A stretch of 40,931 nucleotides of DNA from IMG/VR virus record IMGVR_UViG_3300021400_000113, positions 1-40,931 of that record. One strand, 5' to 3'. The number at the start of each line of letters is the position of its first letter. Positions within the stretch are counted from its first letter, which is position 1. Shown in pieces: positions 28,598 to 40,389 of the stretch. The notes below the pieces were generated by a model, which saw only the letters and a program-made list of their open reading frames with translations, made no database searches and was not told where the DNA came from. This DNA comes from a virus (Duplodnaviria > Heunggongvirae > Uroviricota > Caudoviricetes). The position numbers and the translations under genes were made by a program.

Positions 28598-28951
28598 ATG
28601 GCAACAAAAGGAGCTATAAAATCCAGAGTTCAGTTGAAAAATGATACTGAGGCTAATTGGAACAAGGCTGGTCCGAAGGACGATAGCCTCGGTTTTATAC
28701 CATTAAAGGGTGAGCTCATCATTTATTCTCCTGATGAAGCTCACCCTTTTTCTCGTTTAAAGGTAGGAGATGGTATAACAAATGTAGTTGAACTTCCATT
28801 TATTGATGCTAATACAATTAATGGTGTAGATATTAATAATATAGAAGCTTCTAGATTACAACATAAACTGACCTTTGGAGCAAGAGAAGAGTACACATTC
28901 GATGGCTCTTAGGATGTAACAGTTCCAGTTTATAATGGAACTACTTATTAA
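28598..28951 (+). CDS. Mtd/hyaluronidase N-terminal-like tail protein with 1 TAG=Gln
   Basis: RVQLKNDTEANW...PLKGELIIY...RLKVGDG...LPF. Confidence 0.75.
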
Positions 28952-28965
28952 AGAGGTGAACAATC

Positions 28966-31236
28966 ATGCCTATTGCAGGAAGCGACTCTGCGGGATGGAA
29001 TGTTCCGTATACAATAGCCGGCGCAGGCGAAAAAACTATAACATTTAAAACAGAAAATAGATTTGTTGATGCGGATGCGCGTGTTACTATTACTACGCCC
29101 GCGGCAACAGAACCTACTCTCGCGTTGACTGATATTACAACTGGATTATCTATGGGCACGGCTTCTAATGGAAAATACTCTCCTACCGTAAGTTTATCTG
29201 GTAATGCTAATATCGCAACTGCCGGATGGATCGCAGCAGGGAATCACTCCGTATCGGATACTTCTGTAAAAGTCGGTACGGTAAATCAATCTACTATGTC
29301 TAATGGTTAGACTGCAATTGCTAGTGGCTCAACTATAAATCCTAGCGATTCAACACAAACAATTACAATCTCTGAGGGGTATAATGCGGCACGCACAATT
29401 ATTGTTGGCGCCGCAGATAGCAGTGCCGCTGGTGAAATTACTTCTGGTAGTGCTACAATTACAACTATAAATTATTTATATAATAGTACAAATGATAATT
29501 TTACTATTAATGGTTCTGCTGATGTATCTGCACCAACCGTTGATAATGCTGGTTATATTTCCGCTACAAAAGGAACTAGAAATGCCAATACAGGCGGAGC
29601 AATAGTAAATACTACAATAGATAAAATTGTATTAAATTCTTCCCTTACCGGTGCGACCACCGCGCGCAAACCAACCTTAAGTAAACAAACTATCACTACG
29701 GGTGGAGTAACTGATGCTGCTAGTGGTAATGCTACTGCTACTGCGCCTTCTAGTGGTGTGTATGTAGCTGTACGAAGTGCGGCTAATACTGCTACTATTA
29801 CGGCTAATCCATCTGTAAAAACCGCAGGTTATGGTGATACAACTAATTTTGGTGTTGGAACTGCGGCTACCGCAACAGTAGGTGCCGCGCAATCTGACAT
29901 TTATTATATTCCAATTACAACAACTTCTGCTTCTGTAAGTGGCCGTAATGTAACTTATGGAACAGGTTGGATTACAGGCGGTACTTCCTCAGTAGCAGTT
30001 GGTACAGTGACTTCTGCTGCGGGTACGGCCACAATCTCATCTCCTACTTGGGATAGCACCAATTCTAAATTTAGTCAAACTGCGAGCGGAACAATTGCCG
30101 CGCCAACAGTTAATACAGCAGGCTATATTAGTTCTACTGAGGGTACTAGAAATGGTAATAGTATTTCTGGTTCCAAAGACTTAGACACAGTAAAAGTTGG
30201 TGTAACTGTAAGTGGAACAGCAAAAGTAACACCTTCAATTACGCGTACAGCTAAACCTTCTAGTGACAAATGGGTTGATGCTGCTAGCGGCGCGGCAACA
30301 ACCACAAAGCCTACAAGTGGCGCTTATGTATAGGTCAATGCGGCAGCTTTATCTAATAATTTAACTATAACTGGTAAAGTAAGCGCGGAAGGTTATGGTA
30401 CAACTGAACATTATACAACTGATACGGCGACCACTACTGCGGTTGGCAGTAATGCGGCAGCAAATACTTATGTACCAATTAAAGTAGGTACAGTAACTTC
30501 TGGTACAGCTTCTATTACTACTACAACAATTGCATATAATTCAACTAATTCTAATTTCGATATTACTGGTAGTGCAAATGTAAGTGCTCCAACAGTAGGA
30601 ACAGAGGGTTACGTATCTAGCTCAGTTGGTACTAAATCAGCAAACACCAATGGCGCCACATTAACTAGTACATTGCCTAAAATTGCTATTCAAGCTAATT
30701 TAAGTGGCACCGGCACAAAAACACCTAGTATTACAAAAAATAGTAATACTAATATCGCTTAGGCAGGCACCGCAACTACTACTCAACCTTCTAGCGGTTA
30801 TTATATCGCAGTATCTTCTGCTGCGAATACTGGTACAGTACAGGCAACAGCGACAGTTACTACTGCTGGTTATGGTGCGACTACAAGCGGTCAATATACA
30901 ACTACACCAAGTGGTAGTTTAACAGTTGGCGCAGCCGCATCTTCTGTAACTTATATTCCTATTACTGCTACGACATTTGCTAATAGTGGAACAAGTGGTG
31001 TTACTTATACCGATATTTCTTCCACTGCTCCTATACTAGTATCTGGTGATTACTTATATATTAATGCTGGTTATACTCCAAATGTTAAGATTAGTTTAGC
31101 ACAATTAGTACCTGATGCTACTGGTGATAATGCTCCTGCTAACTATATCTTAGCTGGTTATACAGCATTTGATAATAGTGGCGCTTTAATTGTTGGTACT
31201 ATGCAAACCTATGATGGCACTTATACCATTACTTAA
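28966..31236 (+). CDS. Thr/Ser/Ala/Gly-rich repetitive virion fibre; 756 aa with 3 TAG=Gln
   Basis: GAGGTG RBS; continuous frame; three internal repeats (NST..F...APTV..AGY.S...GT). Confidence 0.8.
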
Positions 31237-31248
31237 TGAGGTGATATT

Positions 31249-31491
31249 ATGCCAACATTAACAAATAATACGGGTACAATTACCGCCGCAAAACAAAATA
31301 ATATAATACGACTATCTACCGCGGGAAAATATGTATCTACTGATATTGAATTGAATTTAAAAGTTACAAAAGCAGTACTTACTACCGCGGCAGATAGTAA
31401 TACATTTGAGATAGAAGTTCCAAATGGAGCAAGTGGAACTATTACATTCCATTTTGCTGTAGACGCAAATGGAAATACAACAGTAACTTAA
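31249..31491 (+). CDS. small structural protein
   Basis: GAGGTG RBS; LSTAGKYVSTDI. Confidence 0.75.
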   Translation: MPTLTNNTGTITAAKQNNIIRLSTAGKYVSTDIELNLKVTKAVLTTAADSNTFEIEVPNGASGTITFHFAVDANGNTTVT

Positions 31492-31507
31492 TAGGTGGTG
31501 ATTTTTG

Positions 31508-34500
31508 GTGGCTAATAGTCATATGACTTTTGGAGTAGATTTACTTCCAAAAACGACTAATACTTATAATTTAGGTAATAGCAATCAAAAATGGAATATT
31601 TATTTAAATAATTTAAATAATATTGATTTTGGTAGCGTAACCAGTGCTGCTACCTTTAGAACAGCGATTGGAGCAGGAACTTCTTCACTCACGCTCGGAA
31701 CTACTTCTTCTACTGCATTAGCGGGTAATACTACTGTAACTAATGTTAATATTGCGGCGAACACAACAACTAATGCCGACTATCCTGTTGTATTTGCAAA
31801 AAGTAATACTAGTACTACCGCAGAAAAAAACGAAGGATTATAGAAAAATGGAATTAGTCTTTTCTTTAATCCTTCTACAGGTACTTTAACAACTTCGAAA
31901 TTAGTTACAAGTGATTTAACAATTTCAAAAAATATAGGATTTTAGAAAATTACTTTTGATATGGGAGCAGGCCCAATTGCTGTCGGATGGCGAAGAGTAT
32001 GTAAAGTTGCACAACTTAATTATTATCATTAGTGGTTTTTAGGAATAAATGGAGAATATACTTCCGTCGCTCCAACAGGAGCATTAATAGCAATTAGTAG
32101 CCTTCACACTAGTATTAATGCAATGTTATTATCATGCCAAAAATTACCTCAAAGTAGACTATCAAAAATTCGTTTTCTTAAAAATGATTAGTGCGCGAAT
32201 AATGAATATTGGCTGGATATATATTGTGATGCTTTTACAGGAACAGGCACATGGGGGAAAATTTGGTTTTATCTCTGGGGAAATGTAAAAGTCACTGATA
32301 TTTAGACAGATCTTAGTGTTAATACTGAAACTAGTGAAGTTGGCGCGGAAGTAGAACTTAGAGAAATAAAAGATTAGCCTACAATAACCTTACAAGATTA
32401 TAATGAAACTTATTCTTCAACTGCAACAATTACTCATAATGATTAGACAATAACATTACCGCAATCGGCATATTTTAAAAGTATTTATTCTATAGATTCA
32501 ACAAATAACCCATATGCAATGATAAATGGTACTGGAGATAATCTTTGGATTGGCGCAGGATGGAGTACAACCAATCATCATAAGGGCCCTTCAGGTAAAA
32601 CTTATATTAGTTCTGGTTATAGTACTACAGAAAATAAGGGCAATGATACAATTTATATAAGTATTCCTTCTTTAAATGATACTACTTGGTCTCATTCAAT
32701 AAAAGCAGTAGCACATAGTGGAAATGTTGAAACTGGAACTAATAATGGACAAATTAAAATTGCCGGAACTGATGTAAGTGTTAAAGGACTTGCTACTGCA
32801 GCTTATAGAGAGGTATATACTTTAATCGCCGCAGGAGATGCTGGATGGGATACCACAACCAATAGAACTAAAGTTCCTGATATGAATTTTATGGCTTATT
32901 GGGATGGAACCTATAATGGCACTAGTAGTAATTTAAGATATTATAATGGCGGCGCTTTTGGCACAATGGCAAAAGAAAGCGCAGCTGATTATTTAACATT
33001 AAGTGGCGGCACAATGACTGGTTAGATAAAATTAGGCACTTCTACTATAACCAGTGCTCCAACAGATTCTGGTATTTATGTACATGATACTAGGGATGTA
33101 TCTCATTTACCCAACACTTGGGGAGATTAGACAGTATAGTGGTATTTTGATACAGGAGCAACAGATACAGGACGTGCTGACTGGTCAACTATTATGCATT
33201 TAAAAGGATGGACACAAAATTATGCAGCGCATTAGCTAAGCTTTAATGCTTCGAATAATATTAATGATGTTAATTTATATCATCGCGTTGGCAGAGATCA
33301 AACTTGGGAATCTTGGAAAAAGATACTTGATTCTAGTAATTATACCGATTATGCCGTTAAAATTGATGGAAGTAATGCCACAGGGCCTTGGGGAATTAGT
33401 ATTACTGGCAATGCCTAGACTTCTACTGATGCTTCTTATCTACAAGGAATATATTCTTATGATAGTAATATGAACGCGGCAGTGGCTACTAATCCTACAG
33501 ATGGAAAAGTTTAGTATTTTTATACAGTTAATAAATCCGCGGCTGGAATATTTCCAAATACTAGTAATGCTAATGGTCTATTAACTTTTAATACTTATAG
33601 CCGTAATAATGTTTCTAATTATAGTCATCAATTAGGATTTAGTAGTAATGGTAATTTATATCATAGAGCTTTTCATAATGCAAATATTGATGCAACTACC
33701 TCTTGGAATAAAATTTTAACCACAAAAGATAAATATCTTGTAATGGGTAGCAACGATATAACTGCGATAGTGCCTTCATTAAGTTCAAATTCTCCAGAAC
33801 TTACGAACATATCAGAAGCAGGAGTATATAATATAGGAACCGCGACTAATATGAGTAAATTAAAAAATGCTCCATTTACTGGCTCAGGAGCGCGTATATT
33901 TGTATTTAATGGACATACTGGAAATTTGAATTATGGAACAGAATTAGCAATAGGCTCAATTCTTAATTATATGTATTTTAGACGAGCAAATCAATCAGGA
34001 GCCTGGACAAATCCCTGGTATCAATTAGTTTACGCCGACCCCAGCGCCAGAGGAAATTCTACTACTCCAGTATATGTTGACTCTACTGGAAAATTAACTC
34101 CTTGTACAGGTATATTATCTTCTGTTATGAGAAATCCTTGGGTTAAAGGAACTCAATATACAACAGAAAAAGGTAATTTTATTTGCTTCTATGAGCAAGG
34201 AACTGGAACGGCGATTAAAAATCGTCTTGCTGGAATATATAATTTTTAGGGTCAAAATTCTTTAAGTAATAGATTTGGATTAATAGCTTATGAAAGTAAA
34301 GTAGATAGTGAAAAAAGCGCTTTCTTTTATGTTGCTTGCAATTCTAGTAGTGCTACAGAACCAGAAAGAAGAACTTATACAAATGCTTAGATATATGGAG
34401 CAGTTTGGAATGACTATGCGGAATATCGTTAGGCACAAGACGAAGTAAGACCTGGTAATGTAGTAGTTGATACCGATTGGGGTAGTTTACGTTTAAGTTC

Positions 34501-34813
34501 TGAACGCTTACAACCTGGCGCGCAAGTAGTATCTGATACTTTTGGATTCGCAATCGGTGAAACAGAAAATTGTAAAACTCCACTTGCGGTCTCTGGACGT
34601 GTTCTTGCTTATACTTACCAGCCGCGCGAAAATTATCATGCGGGCATGGCAGTATGTAGCGCACCAAATGGTACAATAGATATTATGACTCGTGAAGAAA
34701 TTCAAATGTATCCAGACGCAATAGTAGGTATTGTTAGTGAAATTCCAGAATATGAGGAATGGGGTACTGGTAATGTTAAGGTTAATGGAAGAATTTGGAT
34801 TAAGGTAAGATAA
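31508..34813 (+). CDS. long tail fibre/spike with C-terminal peptidase-G2-like intramolecular chaperone; ~1100 aa with 16 TAG=Gln
   Basis: Three track ORFs in one frame broken only by TAG; LLPKTTNTYNLG, YLTLSGGTMTG, GAVWNDYAEYR...GIVS; start may be TTG 31505. Confidence 0.82.
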
Positions 34814-34822
34814 GGTGATTAC

Positions 34823-35554
34823 ATGGCGAATTGTTATCTTGTATTAAAACCAAACGATGGAATATTTGCTTTTCCCAGCGATTCTAGAGATTCTAACGGT
34901 AGTCAAATAAGTTCTACGGGATAGATTAGTGATTCTGGTTCTTTTACATTTATAATTCCCGATGGAATTATATTCACAGAAGCTATAATTGGACATACCT
35001 GGTCTAATTATGGAAATAGAACCACATATGCTACAATAACAGGTAATAATGGATAGACAAATTTTTCAGACTCTAATGGAAATTCACAGAGTTTATACGG
35101 AAGCGGTAATACCGAAGTATTAAGTAATCTTCCAATAGCCGGAGAGCAAATTACATTTTCTTGTATTGGACGATTAAATGTTACTTGGTTAAATACAGCG
35201 GCGACTGGAACTAACCAATCCGCCAATGGCTCATTTAGATTTAATCCCTATTTATAGTTAACAATTGAATTGCCAAATAGTGAAACAACAATTACCGCGG
35301 CAACATTAAATAGTTTAGCTTCCATTCTTGGAACTACAACGGTTACAGTGGGTGATAATATTACACTTAGTCCCTGGCAAGAAATAGGTACAGCAATTGG
35401 TAATATGACTTCTTCTGCCACAAGCACGACTCCTTCTGGAACCGCAGTAACTTTTGATACTACCATGCCACTAGCTTCTAATTTAAATTCTGTTTTAACA
35501 AATATGGAAAATAAATATATTATACTAGAATGTCCCAAAGTACAAAATACTTAA
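34823..35554 (+). CDS. hypothetical structural protein with 3 TAG=Gln
   Basis: AAGGTG RBS; continuous frame to TAA. Confidence 0.7.
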
Positions 35555-35626
35555 TTTTAAACTCTATATCACTACCAATAAAAAGAGAGTAATCTCTTTT
35601 TATTGGTATTTTAATGAGGTGATAGT

Positions 35627-35830
35627 ATGGCAAACATTATGACCAAGCGCGGTAGTGTAGATAATGTTATAACTTATGAACATTATTGCGACACCGCCGC
35701 GGATAAAGATAAAATAGATCCAAAATATATTACACTAGGATCAGTGTGCGTTGTATTAGAAGATGAAACTTCAAATGGCAACCTTGAAATTTATTTAGCT
35801 AAATCAGATAAAACTTGGAAGAAAATGTAA
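35627..35830 (+). CDS. small conserved phage protein
   Basis: CDT..D.....GS.C.V...Y...SDKTW pattern; GAGGTG RBS. Confidence 0.75.
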   Translation: MANIMTKRGSVDNVITYEHYCDTAADKDKIDPKYITLGSVCVVLEDETSNGNLEIYLAKSDKTWKKM

Positions 35831-35841
35831 GGGGGGATAGT

Positions 35842-37839
35842 ATGGATACAATTGATGTTATTCTCGCCCGAGCAAAATCTTTCACAGGAGAAACAAAAGC
35901 GTTAGTTAATTAGGCACAGCAAGCCATGTCTGACGCCAACAGTATTATAGAAACATTAACTGCGCTTGAAGATGATACATAGCTTGCTAATGAGGCCGCA
36001 AACGCCGCCGCAGATAAAGCTGCGTAGGCCGCCGCAGAATTTGATGATATGAAAGCAGATATAGAAACCGCCGCACAAAATTTAGTTGGAAATACAGTAG
36101 ATGAAAGATTAGAAGAAGTAAATTCTGACATTGAAGAATTACAATCTTCTATTTCGACATTAAATTCTACAACGATTCCCGCGCTCGAAAATCGTATTAC
36201 TGCCGCCGCTCAAAGTGGTGGAGATACGGTTACAATCGCTGATGAAAATACAAGTGCGGTAAAAATCCGCACTGCAACGATAGGCAATAAAGGTAAGTAT
36301 ATTTTAGAAAAAAATTATACTTCTGCTGGAAACAACGAAGATGGCTCAATGACTCAAAAAGCAATTAAAGATTATGTAGATAGTAAAATTACTGACGGCG
36401 GAGGCGCTACTCAGTTTGATCCAGAAAAAGCCGGTAATATTGTTGTAATTGGAGAAGATGGAACTATAATGCCCGGCACAACTAGTGAAGAAGATATTAT
36501 TGAAGCACTAATAAAATCTGGCTCTTATACTTCCGTAGATGGACTTGGACTTCAAATTGATTATGAAAATAAATCTTTTACAAGAACATAGGAAGCTACA
36601 AACGCAACCGATTTTAATGATTATTTAATGTATGGTGGTCGTATGCGTTGTAATGTAGCCGATAATGGAGTAATACTAGCTTTTTATGGAGATAGCGGAT
36701 ATAGAGATGACGGAAGCAATGGACAGGTAATGGTCTATCAACCTAAATTTTATTATCGGCGGATACCTATCACTACTAATAATTTAAAAATAGGTAAGGC
36801 AATAAAAACCGAATCTATTGTTATTTCTGCTACGCCAAAAACTGGATTTAAACTTCATCCATTATTTATAGACAATGAAGGCAACGAATTAGAATATGTA
36901 TTATTATCTGCTTATGAAGGATGCACCTTCGATAAATCAGCTAATCAGTATAACTTAAATGATAATGGACTAGTTGATTTTGATAATGATATGTTATCTT
37001 CTATCGCAGGGGCCAAGCCAATTAGTGGTTATAATACAACTTTAACAATTGAAAATGCGGAAAAACTCGCTACTAATCGTGGAGAAGGATGGCATATTAC
37101 AAATATGGCTGCTGAAAGCGCAAATCAAATGTTAGAAATAATTGAATTTGGTTTAATGAATGGACAAGAAGCGTTAGAAAAAGGTATTTGTAATATTACT
37201 AGTTAGGGCGGTTATAATTGTTCTTCTATTACTGGCTCTACCGCTTCATTAGGCAATAGCTCAGGCGCTGCAACTTCCACAACTAATGAAATAAATGGTA
37301 ATACTAATGTTTACACTGATTAGGGACGCCGTGCGATTAGTTATAGAGGACAAGAAAATCCTTGGGGTAATATGTGGAAGATGATTGGTGGAACGAATAT
37401 TTATGGTAATGGCACACTAAATGGTGGTATTCCTTATATTTGTTCTGATTTTAATTATTCGTCCTCCTCAATAGAAGATAACTATGAAAGTGTGGGTTTT
37501 TGTCTACCTTCAATTTATGGTTGGGTATCTGCAATGGGATATGGTAACAGTAAATATGATTGGGTATTTTTACCTGCCTCTTGTGAATCAACTGCTAATA
37601 GTGCGGCTCCTGTTGGAGATAATCTATGGTCTGTTGCTAATTTAAATAATATAAACATTATTGCTGTAGGCGGGCATTGGGCATTCGGAGATGGTGACGG
37701 TCCATTTTACTATGCTTGCGACAAAACTCCTGCCGAAGCTCCTTCTAAATCATACGGAGCGCGCTTAATGTTTATTCCTAAAAAGAATAGTATATATAAT
37801 GCTAATTATACTTCTTGGAAGCGTAGAATGGGAGTGTGA
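35842..37839 (+). CDS. tail fibre/adhesin with C-terminal CLec/FGE-type (Mtd-like) domain; 665 aa with 6 TAG=Gln
   Basis: Coiled-coil N-terminus; QVMVYQPKFYY, LHPLF, SAYEG, YRGQENPWGN, GG.W..G...G.F, GARL. Confidence 0.8.
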
Positions 37840-37844
37840 TTTAA

Positions 37845-38102
37845 ATGAAAGATTTTGGTAGAGTACGCGGAATCGCAAGCCCAAAAGAAATAACTTTTAC
37901 TCCAACAAAAGTATTTGTAGCTTCTAATATTGAACCTTATTCTGAAATTATTGATGGATATAGAATGGAAGGCTACGAATACGATTATGTTGAATATGAT
38001 AAAGATGAATATATTACTGTATTAAATGATAACAATGCGCGCGCGATTACAGAATTACAAGAAGAACTTGCCGCGGCAAAAATTTTATTAGGAGTTGATT
38101 AA
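37845..38102 (+). CDS. small tail-associated protein
   Basis: YEYDYVEYDKDEYI motif. Confidence 0.7.
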   Translation: MKDFGRVRGIASPKEITFTPTKVFVASNIEPYSEIIDGYRMEGYEYDYVEYDKDEYITVLNDNNARAITELQEELAAAKILLGVD

Positions 38103-38104
38103 TT

Positions 38105-38509
38105 ATGACATTAATGGAACTAGCTAAAAAATTACGCCCGCTAATTGAAAAGGCCGCAATTTCTCTTGATGATACAGACGCGCTTGAAGCTGTACAATTA
38201 TTTCCAGAATGGAATAAAGACGAAAATAAATATGAAAAAGGTTTTCGTGTTCGTTCTAATGGAATTTTATATAAATGCCTTCAAGATCATATCCCACAGG
38301 CTACCTGGGCTCCAGAAGTTACACCAAGCTTATGGGCAAAGGTTTTGATTCCAGATGAAAATATAATTTATGATTGGGAATAGCCAGATAGTACAAACGG
38401 TTATCAAATTGGAGATAAAGTAAGATTCGATGGTAAGATTTACGAAAGTGTTATTAGCAATAACATTTGGTCTCCCACTGCTTATCCTGCGGGTTGGAAA
38501 GAAATTTAA
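38105..38509 (+). CDS. carbohydrate-binding (CBM5/12-like) tandem-domain protein with 1 TAG=Gln
   Basis: LYKCLQDH...W.P...PSLWAKVL...WE*PDSTNGY..GDKV...NNIWSP..YPAGW. Confidence 0.82.
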
Positions 38510-38527
38510 TATAAGAAGGTGAGTAAG

Positions 38528-39202
38528 ATGAAGGATTTAAAATGTAATTTTTATGATGGTTACTTTACTGCTTCCGCAATTGCTGATAAAAGATTAAAAA
38601 TACAAGTAAAATCATAGAACCATAATATTTATTATGATTTGAAAAACAATGGAGAAACAGAAAAATTTCCTTTATAGTTTGGTGAAGGAGATTATGAAAT
38701 TACTTTTTATTAGCAACTTATTGGAAAGTCTTACTCACCTAAAAATAAAATAAAAAAGAATATAAAATTTTCAAATCCTGACGTACCTTTTTTAAAATTT
38801 AATTAGTTCGTTGTAGAAGATAAAGAAATTATTGCTACCGCACAAGAATTATGTAAAGATTGTACTACGGATAAAGAAAAATATTTAAAAATTAAAAATT
38901 ACATGAAAACAAAATTTTTCTATAATTTTGTGAAAGCGGCAATGACAAAATAGGGTGAAATGCCAGCAATAGAAAACAGTTGGAAAATAAAGCGAGGCAC
39001 CTGTTTTGATTTATCTGCTATTATGACCATCATGTTTCGCGCGGTCGGGCTACCAGCAAAATTAGTTATTGGATATGCTGATAAAGGCTATCATGCCTGG
39101 AATAGTGTAAAAATAGAAGATAAATGGTATAGAGTAGATATAACTTATTTACTTTCCGCTATGAAAAAACCCACTTCATATAAAATTGAACGTTGGTATT
39201 AA
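38528..39202 (+). CDS. transglutaminase-like (papain-fold) protein; 224 aa with 5 TAG=Gln
   Basis: GTCFDLS, YHAWN and RVDIT catalytic-triad motifs; AAGGTG RBS. Confidence 0.82.
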
Positions 39203-39321
39203 ATATTTGACTTTTTATAAAATCTTTGGTATAATATATATGTGATGAGGGGAAAGAGAAATCTTCCCTATCATTTAATAAATACGGGATAGGAACCGTA
39301 AATATAAGGAGAGGAACTTAT

Positions 39322-39699
39322 ATGGCAATCAAAATTTATTCAGACAAAACTAACAAGTTTTATAGTTCAATTGAAGACGCCAATAAGGCAGAATTTGAAC
39401 TAAAAGAAATTGAAAATCGTCAAAAGATTTTAGCAGAACGCAAGGCCGCGGAAGAAAAGGCTCAGAAAGAGAAGGAAGCTGCGGAACGTAAGGCTATGGC
39501 TGCAGACATTGAAGCCGCACGCAAGAACATGCTTGAAGTACAAAAGAACTGTAAAGAGCAGATTGATGCAGCGCAAAAAGTTTATCGTGATAAGGTAGAT
39601 GCTTTTGTAAAAAAATATGGCAGTTATCATTGGAGTTCTAACTCTGCTGATGACATCCCTTCTCTATTCGATATTTTTAATCCTTTTCTTTTTGGTTGA
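39322..39699 (+). CDS. coiled-coil hypothetical protein
   Basis: AAGGAG RBS; Lys/Glu/Ala-rich helix. Confidence 0.8.
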   Translation: MAIKIYSDKTNKFYSSIEDANKAEFELKEIENRQKILAERKAAEEKAQKEKEAAERKAMAADIEAARKNMLEVQKNCKEQIDAAQKVYRDKVDAFVKKYGSYHWSSNSADDIPSLFDIFNPFLFG

Positions 39700-39738
39700 C
39701 ATGGCTTACGGGTTGAGCCATAATCAACCCGTTTACAT

Positions 39739-39815
39739 GCTCCCTTAGCTCAGTTGTATAGAGCACGGTCCTTCTAAGTCCGGTGTCCTGGGTTAGAGTC
39801 CCAGAGGGAGTACCA
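39739..39815 (+). tRNA. tRNA-Arg(TCT), atypical
   Basis: GCTCCCT/AGGGAGT acceptor stem with encoded CCA; GCTC/GAGC D stem; loop CTTCTAA (anticodon 39773-39775); CTGGG/CCCAG T stem; resembles E. coli argU. Confidence 0.85.
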
Positions 39816-39831
39816 ATTGGAGTGATATATT

Positions 39832-40389
39832 ATGACAAGAGAAGAATATAATCAAAATCCTAATTTATGTCTATGTTGTTAGCAACCAATTTATTGTAAG
39901 AGTAATGAAAAATTAAGTGCAATAAGATAGAAAAAATTTTGTAATCGTAGTTGTGCAGCAAGATATAATAATTTATAGAGAGTACAAAAAGTATATTATT
40001 GTTCTAAATGTGGAAAAATAATTGGACAAGGATATGAAAAATTTGGTTCTAGAAAACTTTGTGATGAATGTAATCCAAATAATATTTCTTGGGATAATAT
40101 AACTTATGGTGAAGCAAAAGAAAAACGTTCTTATCAAGTAAATAGTCGCATACGTGATTTAGCCAGGACAAAATATTTTAAAACTTATCCTAATTGTTCA
40201 TGTATTAATTGCGGATATTCAAAACATGTTGAAATACATCATATAAAAAATATTTCTTCTTTTTCAAATGATACTCCTATAACAACAATTAATGATTTAA
40301 ATAATCTTATTCCACTTTGTCCCAATTGTCATTGGGAAGCAGACAATGGATTATTAGATATAACATTACTTATTCGGCAAGACAAATAA
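39832..40389 (+). CDS. HNH endonuclease with N-terminal Zn fingers; 185 aa with 3 TAG=Gln
   Basis: GGAG RBS; KFCNRSCAA, CINCG...EIHHIK...NDLNNLIPLCPNCH; absent from ORF track. Confidence 0.88.

Noticed and set aside
37600..37839. Diversity-generating retroelement targeting the CLec-type fibre
   Set aside because: The C-terminus resembles DGR targets, but no reverse transcriptase or template repeat is seen in the window.
21859..39202. Apparent pseudogenes or fragmented structural genes in the ORF track
   Set aside because: All breaks are in-frame TAG with no frameshifts or TAA/TGA, which recoding explains.
74..39630. Many antisense or alternate-frame ORFs in the track (e.g. 74-433, 169-561, 929-1381, 5970-6194, 23535-23852, 34353-34676)
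   Set aside because: They shadow better-supported genes that have an RBS and motifs.
39766..39782. Amber suppressor tRNA (CTA is present in the anticodon loop)
   Set aside because: Stem pairing CGGTC/GTCCG puts TCT at the anticodon. A register shifted to CTA does not pair, and the body resembles tRNA-Arg.
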